64,000 bases of DNA from an uncultured virus (IMG/VR IMGVR_UViG_3300012983_000043) (IMGVR_UViG_3300012983_000043), one strand, 5' to 3'; counted from the first letter of the stretch, positions 10,363 to 22,133 are shown. Notes: generated from the letters alone by a model not told the origin. Made by a program: numbers and translations.

Positions 10363-10971
10363 TCATGGAATGAGCCGGTGGTTTTCATAGTCATATTTCC
10401 AGTGAAGTGGGCTGTTGAATGGTTCAGTCTTCTTTATTCTCATGTAAGCGTCTACTAGCATCTCACCTGAATCCCAGAAGTCAATGAATCCCTGCTTGTA
10501 CTTTGGATTGCATTTGACACATACAATGTGTCCACCTTCTTTGCAAGCTTCATTCTTTGCATTTGGATTTCCCTCGAGAGACACAAGAAATGTTCCCTAG
10601 TTTTCAAACATCTCTACAAACTCATTGAGAGTTATTCCTGCTGTAGCGCCAATTCCATTTTCATTGTCAAAGTCAATGAGCTCTTGCTCTGCATCTGTTC
10701 CTTTGAATTCATCTGGCACAAAGTCATAGTCTTCATAGAAGTCCTAGACAATGTCAAAATACTCATTGAACTTGCTCTTTATTTCATCTAATGAAGATCC
10801 AGTGTCACGAATCAAGCCGTGACCATTCTTCCATGAATAGCCAAATCTCTTGCAGACTTCTTGATACTTCAAGCCAGTGCCAGCTGACACTGCACGAATA
10901 GGACAATCTCCAATGAATTTTTTCCATGGATTAAAATTAGCATATATGAGTTTTGGATTCTTCATATACAT
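10363..10971 (-). CDS. putative papain-like Cys-His-Asp fold protein, TAG-recoded
   Basis: Two track ORFs joined through 2 TAG; GDCPIRAVS...GHIVCV...DFWDS; paralog of 51596-52249. Confidence 0.65.
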
Positions 10972-10990
10972 ATTATTTACACTAAAGACA

Positions 10991-11020
10991 AAAAAAGCCG
11001 GTGCCCTTTCGAGCACCGGC
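10991..11020 (-). terminator. intrinsic terminator
   Basis: GCCGGTGC..GCACCGGC followed by T-run on minus strand. Confidence 0.8.
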
Positions 11021-11047
11021 CTATCACCAACTAACCAACTAACTCAA

Positions 11048-11947
11048 TCACCAGTTTTCGTTGCGCTCTCCGTCATCATCAAACTCCTGATTCCAGTCCT
11101 TGCGGAAGTCTACCTTGTCATCATCCTCTTCATCACGGAAGTCGTCATATGTGTCATCTTCTTCGTTCTCTTCCTCATCATCAAAACCGCTAGGCTGTTC
11201 ATCTACAACAGTTGCATCATCCGTGAATGTGTCACCGACAGGCACTTCAGTAGCAGGCTTCTCATCATCAGTCTCAAGCTCCTTTGCAAGAGCTTCAATT
11301 GCATCACCCTTGTCACCGATCACTTCATCAATAGCAGTATCAATAGGCTCTTCAACAACCACATCATCAGGCTCAACTACTACTTCAGGCTTCACACACT
11401 TCTTGCTCTTGATTTCAAGATTGAAGACAAATCCTACCGCATCATCAGTGAATGTGAAGCCGAGCTTCTCAAGCTTCTTGATCTTCTTCTCATCAAGATT
11501 AGCAGCATTCTTAGCAAGGTCCTTCACATACTGCTTGAGAAGCTTGACGGTGATGTCAATAGTGTCCTTTGTATCAGGAGTCTTGACAGTCTTCTGAATT
11601 GTCTCCTTCTGCTTCTGAAGCTTTGCCTTCTCCTTAGCCTTCTGCTTCAGCTCCTTTACCTTAGCGCGCTGCTTAGCAAGACGCTCAAGCTTCTTCTGAC
11701 GAGCTTCCTGCTTCTTCTGGCGAATAAGCAGCTTCTTAGCCTTGATCTTCTCAAGACGAGCAAGCTTCTTAGCCTTCTTCTCAGCACGACGCTTCTTGTT
11801 AGCTTCAACTTGTGCCTTGCGCTTCTCAATGAGAGCAAGACGCTTAGCCTTCTTAGCTTCACGCGCCTTCTGCTTCTTGAGCTTCTCAGCTTCAAGCTTC
11901 TTGAGCTGCTTCTCATTGACGGTCTTCTCAGTAGCATTCTTCTTCAT
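11048..11947 (-). CDS. highly charged protein, Lys/Arg-rich N-half and Asp/Glu-rich C-half
   Basis: Composition of track ORF; RBS and promoter element upstream. Confidence 0.8.
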   Translation of the reverse strand: MKKNATEKTVNEKQLKKLEAEKLKKQKAREAKKAKRLALIEKRKAQVEANKKRRAEKKAKKLARLEKIKAKKLLIRQKKQEARQKKLERLAKQRAKVKELKQKAKEKAKLQKQKETIQKTVKTPDTKDTIDITVKLLKQYVKDLAKNAANLDEKKIKKLEKLGFTFTDDAVGFVFNLEIKSKKCVKPEVVVEPDDVVVEEPIDTAIDEVIGDKGDAIEALAKELETDDEKPATEVPVGDTFTDDATVVDEQPSGFDDEEENEEDDTYDDFRDEEDDDKVDFRKDWNQEFDDDGERNENW

Positions 11948-12274
11948 GTTGATTTCCTTTGTTAGTTGTTAGTTTTAGTTGTTGTCAATTTGTTGTTGAC
12001 ATCTAAATCATATCAAAATTCATGAGATTCTTTCACTCAACATCATTGTCATCATTTTCAAAAGAATCATCTTCTTCATCATTGTCTGAAGCCATGCATC
12101 CAAATAGCTCTTTAATGAATGTAACACACGCCCATCCAATTGCTACAAGCCCAGCAAAAAACAAGATAATTCCAACTGTCAATGCAAATGCAGACATGAT
12201 TTTCTCCTTTTAATGTTGTTAAATACATGCAAATTATACCAAATTCTTGCAAGAAAATACACTCAACTGCAAAC

Positions 12275-12301
12275 AAAAGGACCGATCACTTGATCGGTCC
12301 T
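12275..12301 (-). terminator. intrinsic terminator
   Basis: AGGACCGATCA/TGATCGGTCCT + TTTT. Confidence 0.75.
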
Positions 12302-12348
12302 CTGTCTTAGCATAAGAATCTAAATACACAAAGTAGCTAAGACAAATG

Positions 12349-13815
12349 TCATGCTTCCGCAGCAACAGTGTATGTGCTTGAGAAGTCTTCTCCTGGCTCA
12401 TATCCAAATGTCAAGTCAAGAGGGATTCCAAGTGCTTTGAGAAGTCCAATTGCATCTTCATCATTGTTCTTCAGAGCATCAAGATATGAGAAAATTGCAA
12501 TGTACTTATTTCCAGACTCTGCACCAGCTTTCACATTCTTGCGCATGACTGTTGTGCCAACCTTGTACTTGCGATCAGGATAGAGCAGATCTACAAATGG
12601 GAAGTTTGATGGACCAGCTCTCCAGCCATCAGCATCAAGCTTTGAAGCTTTTGGATCAAGGTCAGACACTTTGAACCAGCTTATAGCTTTGCCACGAGGT
12701 GCTCCAACTTCACCGTAGCTTCTGTATGAACGTCCATAGCCACCATAGCCGCCGTTCTTCCAGTTGTATCCTTCACTCAATTCTTTGTCTCCTATCTCTA
12801 TGACTAAAGCTCCACGATGCATGCCAAGGAAATCAATGTTGAACTCTTTCCCATTTTCATCTACAATCTTGAGGACTGTTGAATTATTGTATCCCTCTGT
12901 AGCTTCATTCACTGCATCAATCAGATCAGCAGCAGTCTCAATTCCAGGATCTTCTCCGGTAGACTCATTGACAGAATCTTTCTTCAAAGAGGTAACTTCT
13001 TCAACATCAATCTTTGCATTTGTGTCTTTCAGAAGCTTCTTTAGCTGGTTTCTTATCTCATCTTCAGCTTGAGCTTTTGTGTCAGCAGTTGACGTGAAGT
13101 TCATTGTGATTCCACGAGCTTTGACACGAACTGTAAACTTTGGAATGATGCTCTCATTCACAACATCTTCATTGAAAGCCGCCATCTCATCTTCATGAGA
13201 GATTTCATTGAGGGCATGCTCTTGGTTGTATCTTCTTATCTTCGCTGGAACAATTGCATTCTTGTAGACACGATCTACTCTAGCTTCAACATCTCTTATC
13301 TGGCGCATCAGCTGTTGATGGTCTAAGCTCAATGGTTCACCATCAACATATATGAATGTTGTCAGTGTCTGACCTTCATATTTTCTGAGAATGTCATCAT
13401 TTGGCAGAAATGCTCCAGCTTGGACAGCATTAGTCTTTGGATTTGGATCACAACATACACCAGTGCCGATATATGGAATGAGAGTCACAAGATCTTTTGG
13501 ATCGACCCATGACCAGAATATCTCATTGCCATCATCATCAAATATCCTTACTTGGCAATTTGGCATCATGTAGTCTTTTATAGAGCGCTGCTCTTCATTT
13601 TCAAACATCAATTCTTGTTCGCCGGGCAACCCTTCATATGGAGTCAGCTTCTCATTTTCATCTAAGCCCATCATCAACATCTTGTTGAGATCTGCTCCAG
13701 CTCTTATCATGTTCAACAGAGAATCTGAAGTGAATTCGCCGTTGAATGCTTTCACCCATTGCTCAAGAGATCTGCCTTGATATTGCAAGTCTTGCAAATA
13801 ACTTTTGTTTGCCAT
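12349..13815 (-). CDS. 488-aa hypothetical protein, possibly virion-associated
   Basis: GTAAATA upstream; repeated LNE/VNES/LSE motifs reminiscent of prohead-protease-processed head proteins (inference). Confidence 0.7.
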   Translation of the reverse strand: MANKSYLQDLQYQGRSLEQWVKAFNGEFTSDSLLNMIRAGADLNKMLMMGLDENEKLTPYEGLPGEQELMFENEEQRSIKDYMMPNCQVRIFDDDGNEIFWSWVDPKDLVTLIPYIGTGVCCDPNPKTNAVQAGAFLPNDDILRKYEGQTLTTFIYVDGEPLSLDHQQLMRQIRDVEARVDRVYKNAIVPAKIRRYNQEHALNEISHEDEMAAFNEDVVNESIIPKFTVRVKARGITMNFTSTADTKAQAEDEIRNQLKKLLKDTNAKIDVEEVTSLKKDSVNESTGEDPGIETAADLIDAVNEATEGYNNSTVLKIVDENGKEFNIDFLGMHRGALVIEIGDKELSEGYNWKNGGYGGYGRSYRSYGEVGAPRGKAISWFKVSDLDPKASKLDADGWRAGPSNFPFVDLLYPDRKYKVGTTVMRKNVKAGAESGNKYIAIFSYLDALKNNDEDAIGLLKALGIPLDLTFGYEPGEDFSSTYTVAAEA

Positions 13816-13906
13816 TGTCTTTCCTTCTTATATATTTGACAATGTTATTTACACTTTAGACGATCAAACACAAGAAAACACTGCATTGATGTAGTTCATT
13901 GTTGAC

Positions 13907-15316
13907 AAAAAAATCATCAAGATGCTAGGTCTTTAGCCTAGCATAAAGTAAAATATTTAAGTCAAATAATATTTTAAGTCAGATTTTCGGAGAGATTTTG
14001 TAAATAAAAATATGAAAGCTAAAAGACAACATACAGAAGAAGAGAAAGCAAAGATTAGAGCTGCAAAGCAAGCTACTGCTCTTAGGCACTTTTCTATGAT
14101 TGCCAAATGCTATGAGCTGAAGATCAATGCAAAAAGATTGAACAAGAAGCAAATAAATTAGCTTAATATGATCTTCCTTGAAGGAAAATGGCTTTACAAC
14201 AACATTCTTTCATGTAAGAAGTCTAATGAGATTCCATTGAACTTGATAAATCCAACTGACTATAGTGAAGTTGAAGTGTTTGACAAAGACAGGAATAAAG
14301 TTGTTAAGCAACTTGAGTTCTTGCCTTCTCATTACAAATAGACAATTCATGCTAGAATGATTTCAAATGAGAAGACTATAAGGTCTTTAGTCAGGCAAGG
14401 ACTACAAACTCATGGTTCATTGAAGTTCAAGTCAGAGCTTTCATGCATTCCACTTAAGACTGGAGACTGGTTGTTTAAGTCAAAGAACAAAGTCAAGATA
14501 ATGGGAGTTTCTGGACATGTGCTAGTTCATGGCACAAACCAATTTAATCAAGATGAGGTTGAGTTTGCCAATGCAAACTTAGTGCATAGACCTACCGGAT
14601 TTTTCTTGAAAATAACAACTTACATCAACAAAGACAAAATAAAGAAGATAAAGAAGAACAATAAAGACATTGGTCTTGACTTTGGCGTCAAGACTACATT
14701 AACGACGTCTGAAGATGAGAAGATAGACATATCTGTTGGAGAAAGTGGTCGAACAAAGATCTTGCAGAAGAAGCTTGCAAGACAGAAGAAGGGATCAAAG
14801 AACAGATGGAAGACTATTAAGAAGTTAAGAGTCTCATATCAGAAGTCAACAAACAAGAAGCGCGACATAGCAAACAAGTTCATTCACAAGATGAAGAGCT
14901 ACAAGCATGTCATATTCCAAGATGATGCTATAAATGAATGGCATTCTGATGATGGAAATGAAAACAAAGGCAAAAGAAGAAAAATTCAGCATTCATGCTT
15001 AGGCCTGATAAAAGTTAAGTTGAAAGCAATGGACAATGCTGTAGTGATTGCTAAATTCATTCCTACTTCAAAGTTCTGTAGAAAATGTGGGTCAATAAAA
15101 AATGATCTTGCATTGAAAGACAGGACATATGAGTGTCATTGTGGACATGTTGAAGATAGAGATGTCAATGCAGCAAAGAACATGTTCTGGATATGGAAGA
15201 CGCTTCAAGAAGAGAATTTAGTACCTATGGACGGTAGGGAAGTCAAGCTCGAGGACTGGTAGAAGTACCAGGCTGATCCGAGAAGATGCTAAGTCTTCAG
15301 CTTAGCACAGCGTCAC
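13907..15316 (+). mobile_element. non-autonomous IS200/IS605-family element (tnpB only)
   Basis: TTGAC at 13902-13906; left-end hairpin ATGCTAGG-7nt-CCTAGCAT 13922-13944; right-end hairpin TGCTAAG-7nt-CTTAGCA 15287-15307; ends TCAC; excision restores the flanking ORF. Confidence 0.88.
14012..15292 (+). CDS. tnpB: TnpB RNA-guided nuclease, 426 aa with TAG read as Gln
   Basis: IGLDFGV, CRKC/CHC zinc finger, DRDVNAAKN; three in-frame TAG; ends TAA. Confidence 0.9.
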
Positions 15317-15762
15317 TGTGAATCATCAGCAATCAAAGTTATCAATGAATCAATGCATTTAGCAAATGCTTGAGCAACATCAATAGTCTGCTTTTGATTA
15401 ACTATATGTTCATCGGCAAACTTGTCTTTGATTAGTCTATAGACCATAGTCTTGTTGTCAAGTTCATAGTATTCAACAAGCCATTTCTGTAAATGCTTCT
15501 TCTTGTCAATGTTGTTCTTTATCACTGGATCTTTCAACTGGTTGATGAATGCTCGTAGTTCTTTTCTCCAGTGGTTGAAGTTGATGTTCTCTGGATCAAA
15601 CAACTGACACCATTTGCAAAGACACCAGTTCTCAACTAGCTCATGCATGCAAAAATCAATTTTCCTGATGTAGACTTTCAATGGCATAGCCATTTCATTC
15701 ATCATTTGCTTGATTTTCTTATGCTCTTCAAGCATTTTTTCAATGTCAATTGGCTTTTTCAT
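15313..15762 (-). CDS. hypothetical protein truncated by the IS; original 13-aa tail lies at 13864-13906
   Basis: Empty-site join reads IADDSQ-STMNYINAVFSCV*. Confidence 0.75.
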   Translation of the reverse strand: MKKPIDIEKMLEEHKKIKQMMNEMAMPLKVYIRKIDFCMHELVENWCLCKWCQLFDPENINFNHWRKELRAFINQLKDPVIKNNIDKKKHLQKWLVEYYELDNKTMVYRLIKDKFADEHIVNQKQTIDVAQAFAKCIDSLITLIADDSQ

Positions 15763-16736
15763 GATATTTCTTGACTAATTATATCAATTGTCTTTTTCTT
15801 GTTCACTCGAAACTACTTTAGGTAGTCTTTATTAAATTTTCTTTCAACATAATTTACAAAATATGAATAATCTTTATGTTTCATTATTACAACACTATTC
15901 TATATCATACATTGATGTTTTGCCGCATATTTTTTATTGATTTTAGCATATTGTTCATCTGTCCAAGTTTTCTTTCTAAATGGACAAAATAAAATGCCAT
16001 TCCTATTAAAGAACTAATCACCTTTGATTTCTATCAGCATATTAAATTCTTTTATGAGAAAATCAGCATGATAAACATATTTTTTCCCTTCAAACATGTA
16101 ATATAATGGAAAATCTGGCTAGTATTCAAATTCAAAGTTATTGTCTTTCAACCAGATGTATAATGCAATTTCAGGAGCAGAATCAAAATATTTGTTTTCA
16201 TACATATATTTTCTATGCATTTTCTAATGTGTGATTGATGTTCCACCACCATTTTTCACACCATATCTTTTAAGACATGTTTCATTATTCTATTCTCGAT
16301 TATTATAATTTTCATTGCCATATAGTCGTTTGTTAGTAGCTTTTATCTTGTCTCGAGTTATTTGGTCTTTGTTCACACATACTAGACAACAATGCTTATT
16401 GTATCCTCTAGTATATGATAAAACATTTTTATGTAAACCTATAGCATTATTGCATTCTTTTCTCTGGCATTTTGGAAAATCTATTAATCCATTTGCTATC
16501 CAATACAATCTTGTCGACATTTTCACATTAAAATCACAACTATTTAATATTGATGTTTTTGCATATATCCACGGAATCAATATAGATGTCATATAGACTT
16601 TATATTTATAGTCAACATTTATTGTATTTCTAGGTTTCTTTATTCCTCTAGACAAACTTAGAATTGTTTCTTTAATTCCATATTTTAGAAATGTTTTGCA
16701 TAGCAATTCATAATTATTATAGTCAATGTCAGTCAT
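15759..16736 (-). CDS. free-standing PD-(D/E)xK-type (homing-like) endonuclease, TAG-recoded
   Basis: 325 aa through 6 TAG; TNKRLYG/TCLKRYG repeats, FDSAPE...FEY(Q)P...ADF...IEIKG. Confidence 0.75.
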
Positions 16737-16940
16737 TAAAAGTTTGTTCTAAACAGGAACAAGCATGTAAGTTCTAATGTAATCATCATCTATCATTTAT
16801 AATTTCCTTGAATTTAAACTATAAAACTCTATCTAGGCTGCGAAAACTAGATAGAGCTAATTTTTAATAATTTGTTCTCATCTAAATTCGCAGCGATAGA
16901 ACAATTATATTTATATTATACACTCAAAAATGCAAGGCTG

Positions 16941-18431
16941 TTATGCAATGTCTCCATCGGTCTGCTTAAGACGAATCTTCTGCCCCCAGTCATTGAAGTC
17001 TTCAGTTCCATCTTTTGTTATAATCCAAAGGGTAGGCAAACCTGTAGGATTCTTTGGAATGTTGTCAATAAATCCGTCAGTTAACACTAAACATGCGTCA
17101 ACATCCATCTGTTCATCAATGATAGCATTTAGACCGGGAAGCATTGACGTCCCGCCACCGCCCGTCATAGCATATTCACCAGTCTCAATGATGCTTTCAA
17201 GATTATCATCTTGAGTGAAGTGCTTAATAGATCCAACTTCACAATCGCATTCAATCAAGTACAATGAGTACTGACCGAAGCTTTTGATCAGGCTATTGAG
17301 TTCTCCAAGAAAGATTCCACGGTCACCACAGGTAGAACCGCTCGTGTCGATAATGCATGCCAACTTGATTTTGCTAGACTGACGACTCTGTAGATATACA
17401 TCATTGTGCACATGCCTGCGATTTGGCGGAATCCAAGAGCGGTTGCCAGAGTTGTAAGCTCGAGTCACGAACTGTGCTAAGACTTCCTGCCAACGAATTT
17501 GTGGAGTCATTATTTTCTTCACAAGCTCCTTCACATGTGCTGGCACATTGCCCTTCATCTTCTCTACGCGTTGCGCTTCAGAGATGACCGTCTCACGCAT
17601 ACGATCCGCAAAACCTTTGGGTACGCTTGGCTGGAAATCAGAGTCAATTCCAACCTCACCATATTTGTCAGTGATCTTGGAAGTGTACTCACCATCTTTT
17701 CCATTAGAATTATTTCCATTTCCATTGGACTGGCCATCATTGGCGTTTTTGTTAGGCTGGTCACCTTCATAGATGTGCTTGTCAAACTGACCCTTGAGCT
17801 CACCATCAGGATTTCCACCAGAGTCAGACTCATCATTGTCATCATCATTTTCATTAGACTGGTTGGAAGAGCTTGACGAACCAGAGCTTTTCTGCTTCTT
17901 GTTGTTCTGCTTGCCGCTTGAAGAAGAGCTGGAAGATCCATTTCCACTACCATTAGCAGTCTGCTGCTTCTGCTTCTTCTGCTTCTTGAGAAGCATCTCA
18001 TAGATTTCTTCGGCACACTTGCCTACTTCATTGCCTTCAGGGAAGCAGAGATCAGCTGGAGGAACTAAGCCATCTTCCTTGAGCAGATAGTTGACTTCCT
18101 TGTCTGTAGCAATGTTGAACAATGCCGGATTGCGGTTGCCACGACGAGTGAGATGAAGCAGGACGGCGTGCCAGACCTCATGCGCAAGCACGAAGATGCG
18201 CTCTTCATTTGAGAGAGAAGAGAGGAATGCAATGTCAAAGTAGACACAGTTGCCGTCAGTGCAAGCTGTACGGACTCGAATGTCACGAACTGGCACAAGA
18301 TCCATGCGCAGCGCAATGGAACCGATGAATGGATACTTAGTGAGAAGCACATGCCGAGAGTGAGAAAGCACGTCAAGCGCCTTCTTCTTCAGGATTTTGA
18401 GCTCTTCTTCAGTGATTGTGTTAGCTTTCAT
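16941..18431 (-). CDS. DUF2201-type metallopeptidase plus VWA-like domain protein
   Basis: TACTDG, LAHEVWH (HExxH), low-complexity linker, IDTSGS, GGGGT, LTDG. Confidence 0.88.
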   Translation of the reverse strand: MKANTITEEELKILKKKALDVLSHSRHVLLTKYPFIGSIALRMDLVPVRDIRVRTACTDGNCVYFDIAFLSSLSNEERIFVLAHEVWHAVLLHLTRRGNRNPALFNIATDKEVNYLLKEDGLVPPADLCFPEGNEVGKCAEEIYEMLLKKQKKQKQQTANGSGNGSSSSSSSGKQNNKKQKSSGSSSSSNQSNENDDDNDESDSGGNPDGELKGQFDKHIYEGDQPNKNANDGQSNGNGNNSNGKDGEYTSKITDKYGEVGIDSDFQPSVPKGFADRMRETVISEAQRVEKMKGNVPAHVKELVKKIMTPQIRWQEVLAQFVTRAYNSGNRSWIPPNRRHVHNDVYLQSRQSSKIKLACIIDTSGSTCGDRGIFLGELNSLIKSFGQYSLYLIECDCEVGSIKHFTQDDNLESIIETGEYAMTGGGGTSMLPGLNAIIDEQMDVDACLVLTDGFIDNIPKNPTGLPTLWIITKDGTEDFNDWGQKIRLKQTDGDIA

Positions 18432-18452
18432 TTGGAGTTTCCTCTATTGGTT

Positions 18453-18499
18453 GTTGACAAGACAATTATATCAAAATCAGTGTGATACTTTCACTCAAC
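18453..18499 (-). promoter_or_regulatory. representative copy of the repeated 47-bp early-type promoter element
   Basis: GTTGAGTGAA-AGTATCACACTGA-TTTTGATATAATT-GTCTTGTCAAC; extended -10 TGnTATAAT upstream of RBS and ATG. Confidence 0.8.
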
Positions 18500-18712
18500 A
18501 TCTAATGTGATGTTGTTTAAATCTGCCCATATCTTGGCTTCTTCAATTGAGTCTATATCTATAAAAGCTATTGTGTAAAATCTACTTGTACGTTTTGTGA
18601 ATTTCATCTGAGCTATAAGACGAAATCCAACTAGATAAGAACCTACTATGTCTTGCTTTATCTTGAAATTATGATAACTGCGAAGTTCACTGGCTGGAAG
18701 AAACAATTTCAT
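18491..18712 (-). CDS. small protein with C-terminal tag
   Basis: DSIEEAKIWADLNNITLDVE*. Confidence 0.7.
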   Translation of the reverse strand: MKLFLPASELRSYHNFKIKQDIVGSYLVGFRLIAQMKFTKRTSRFYTIAFIDIDSIEEAKIWADLNNITLDVE

Positions 18713-18796
18713 CTTCTTGAATCTCTATAATTGCAAAATGCCGGTGGGAATTCCACCCACCGGCATGGCTACAAATTGTGCAGCTTCAAGCTTGAA

Positions 18797-19942
18797 TCAG
18801 AAGTCAATCCGAGTGTGCTTGGTAGCAAGCTCCTTGTACTTGTCTAGTGTGGAGCGATACAATGGGTGGCGGTAGAGCTTCTTGGCAGAGACGCCGGAGA
18901 GCTCTTCTGAGCGGCCATACATAGCGCCATTGATGCACATCATGATGAACTCAGGACGCATCTTCTGGAGAATCTTGAAGAAGCCGTCCAGGCGCTTGTG
19001 CTCATCCTCTTCATCCTTGCCGCGCCACAGGACATACACAAGGCTGGAGCACATAGCGTAGAGCTGGTCATTCTTCTCAGGAATCTTGATGGGCGCCTTG
19101 CCATAGAGCATGTCGATGATGTTGTCGAAGTTCTTGTTGAGGCGGTGGAATTCAATGTACTCAACACCCTTAGCAGGACCCACAAGGCCATATACGATCT
19201 TCCGGAGAAGCTCTTCATTGTTGCCGTAGATTTTTGTCATCTGAGAGACACGGTCCCACGACCGAGGTGAGGGCCATCCACGCTCAAGGTTCTCCTTCTC
19301 CATGTTGAAGAGATTCATAGGCCGGTACTGGATGAAGCCGATAACCGAAGGGTGTACATCGTGAGTCATAGCCCACTTGCACCACTGTTGGTCATCAACG
19401 TCAAGTTCCACATGCATGAAGCGGTTCGAGAGGGCCGAGGACATGCTCATGGCAACGGCACGGTCAGTGGTGAGGTTGCCAGCAGAGACGATGTACCAGC
19501 CATCCGGCACCTTGTAGAAGTCACCAATCTTGCGGTCGAGGATGAGCTCATACGCAGCCACCTGGCAGGACTTGTCGCAAGAAGTGATCTCATCCAGGAA
19601 GATGATGCCCTTGGAGTTGGGGTCACGAGGCCAGAAGTCAGGGGCGTTCCACTTCATCACGCCCTTGTCCTTGTCAACCGAAGGAAGTCCACGGATGTCC
19701 ACCGACTCCATTTCTGCCAAGCGGACGTCTACGAAGCCAATGCCGAGTTTCTGAGCCACCTGCCGGACAATCGAGCTCTTGCCGACGCCAGGCGAAGAAT
19801 GGATGAGAATCGGAGGAATAGTTGCCGCCAAGCCCGGATTGTCAATGATGAGCTGGCAGTTGGTCTTAAGGATCTCCTCAAGCTCGGGGATAGACATGCG
19901 GTTGTGCGTGTCGATTGCGATGGAGTCATTTTTTGTAGCCAT
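18797..19942 (-). CDS. MoxR-like AAA+ ATPase
   Basis: Walker A SSPGVGKS, Walker B IIFLDE, SAGN, ALSNRF, PSPRSW. Confidence 0.9.
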   Translation of the reverse strand: MATKNDSIAIDTHNRMSIPELEEILKTNCQLIIDNPGLAATIPPILIHSSPGVGKSSIVRQVAQKLGIGFVDVRLAEMESVDIRGLPSVDKDKGVMKWNAPDFWPRDPNSKGIIFLDEITSCDKSCQVAAYELILDRKIGDFYKVPDGWYIVSAGNLTTDRAVAMSMSSALSNRFMHVELDVDDQQWCKWAMTHDVHPSVIGFIQYRPMNLFNMEKENLERGWPSPRSWDRVSQMTKIYGNNEELLRKIVYGLVGPAKGVEYIEFHRLNKNFDNIIDMLYGKAPIKIPEKNDQLYAMCSSLVYVLWRGKDEEDEHKRLDGFFKILQKMRPEFIMMCINGAMYGRSEELSGVSAKKLYRHPLYRSTLDKYKELATKHTRIDF

Positions 19943-20026
19943 TTTTTGTTTCCTTTGTTTAGGAGGTTGTTTGTTGTTTACGCCTAAATAATATCAAAAT
20001 GTTGTGCAGGTTTTCACTCAACTGCA

Positions 20027-21554
20027 TCACCGCCACATAGAGTTGCCGACGATCTGCACACCGATGTGACTCGGAGCGTAGCGGTCACCACGTTGAGCAG
20101 CCTTGTCACGAGCTTTCTGGTTAAGCTCATTCTCATACTGGACGGCATAGCGGCGAGCCTGAGCAGAACATTCCTGCTTGGCAGTTTCTGGATCACCTGA
20201 CCCCCAGAAGGTCTTTATCTTCTGCCCGCCCGTGTCAGAGCGCATGAAGCTGAAGCAGTATTGATGGCGTTCGGTGTTAGTCTTCATTTGAATTTCTTTT
20301 GTTTGTTTTCTGTTGACATGCCAAATTATATCAAAAAGTCTTCACGACTTTCACTCAACTGCATGAAAATCCAATTGGTCTTCGTTCTGGCTCGTCTTTG
20401 CCGAATTCTACTTTAAATGTGAAAGAGCTCTCATTGAAGCCGACAAGCTCACACTCACCCTTGAATTTCTTAGCAATCTTCTTGAACTCATTCAACTTCT
20501 CAATAGCGCTGTCAATATCCATGTCTACCTCTCAATCAAACTCATTTGGTTTGTGCTCGACATTGTCGAACTCATACTTCATGTCTTCTTCATCTACGCA
20601 TACAGGAATGTTGACCCCATCAGTCTCAGTGGCGAGATTCTCAAAGAGGTCTTTGGCGCCATACATTCCCCAGAGCGAAGACGTAGTCATCCACTCACGG
20701 CGCTTAGTGTCCCACTTCTCGATGATGTAGCCATACACATGGCCATCTCTCCAGTCCTCATACAGCTTCTTCTCAATTCGAGCGAACTCTTGGAGCTTCT
20801 CAAATGTCCAGTAAGAAGGGTCATCAGCCACCATCCTCTTGCAGCGCTCAACAGTAGTGAAAAACCACTGTGGTCCATCTGTCATCTCAATGCTCCACTT
20901 GAAGAGAGCATTAGCAGGAATCAAGGACTCATCTTCAGCTTTCTCAAAGACAAGGTCTTCATTGTCGCAAGGCTCACGAGGATTCGTCTCACGCACAATC
21001 CTAGCACGATAGTCTGCAAGACGCACCTTGTCAGAGTCTTTTAAGTAGATTTTTGGATTGAATTCAGCCATTGTTGTCTCCTTTGTTTGTTTACATGCTG
21101 AATAATATCAAAAAGTCTTCATGACTTTCACTCAACACTTCGGCTTTCGCTTGATGATGCCGTCGGCTTCAAGCATGTCTTTGCATTCTTCAACAGCAGC
21201 TTTCCAGTCTGGACGGGCATTCTTAGGAACATGATAGATGAGAGAATATCTTTTATTCAACTCACTCCAGTGTTTTTCAGCAACCGGAATTCCAAGCCGA
21301 GCAAGAGCTTCTTCACGCGCTCTTTTCTTGTCAATGTTTTTCTTTGACTGCTTAGAATGAAGCACTTGCGGATGTGCATAGTCAGCTTCATTCACATCTT
21401 CATATTCGCCTTCAACATGGACAACTTGTCCCCACATCCACTTGTATCCATTTCCAATAGTGCAGAACAAATGGTTGAAGCACTCCTGTCTAGTAGAGAA
21501 CAAGTCTGGCCAGAGATCATACATGTTCTGCAATGTCGTCTCAACTGTCATCAT
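20027..21554 (-). CDS. three hypothetical genes (20027-20287, 20532-21071, 21132-21554)
   Basis: Track ORFs with RBS or upstream promoter element. Confidence 0.65.
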
Positions 21555-21734
21555 TGCGCCTTAGTCATCAGACAGCATGTTCATCCATGCATCATCTTCA
21601 AACTCACGAATCTCATCTGCTTCATGCCGTGCATAGATGTCATCAGCTTCTTTGGGTGAATTAGCTGTAGCGATGTGAATGCCATTCTTGAAAATCAGGT
21701 ACTTTGTCATTTAAGTCTCCTTTGTTTAAGATTT

Positions 21735-22076
21735 TTAATTTTGACAAATATCCATATCCATATAAACTAATAATTCATCAATAGACTTAATGAACAAAGT
21801 TTTAACTATTCCTTCATCGAAATAGCCAGCTTTAGCTCTTTTATGCATAGCTTTGAAAAAAGCACATGCACTTACATTCCAATTGTTTATTAAAGTTTTA
21901 TTTTTAAGATAACGGTCAATAACTTTATTTATATCTTCATTAAGATCACATGTTACAATTCCATATGATGGACCATTAATAAATATACATTTAAAATTCT
22001 TATTTCTTTGATGATAATATTCATTGATTTTATTAGTAATATAATTGAGTATTTTACTATAATCAACTTTTATCAT
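21735..22076 (-). CDS. AT-rich hypothetical protein with C-terminal tag
   Basis: GAGGAGG RBS; KSIDELLVYMDM. Confidence 0.7.
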   Translation of the reverse strand: MIKVDYSKILNYITNKINEYYHQRNKNFKCIFINGPSYGIVTCDLNEDINKVIDRYLKNKTLINNWNVSACAFFKAMHKRAKAGYFDEGIVKTLFIKSIDELLVYMDMDICQN

Positions 22077-22133
22077 TGAAATCCTCCTCTATTTTGCAAA
22101 TGCAAAATATCAAATAGAAGTGTGAACTTTCAC

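Noticed and set aside
10877..11965. Long + strand ORFs (also 19352-19987, 49151-50011, 57536-58198)
   Set aside because: Antisense shadows of biased minus-strand genes, without RBS or recognisable motifs
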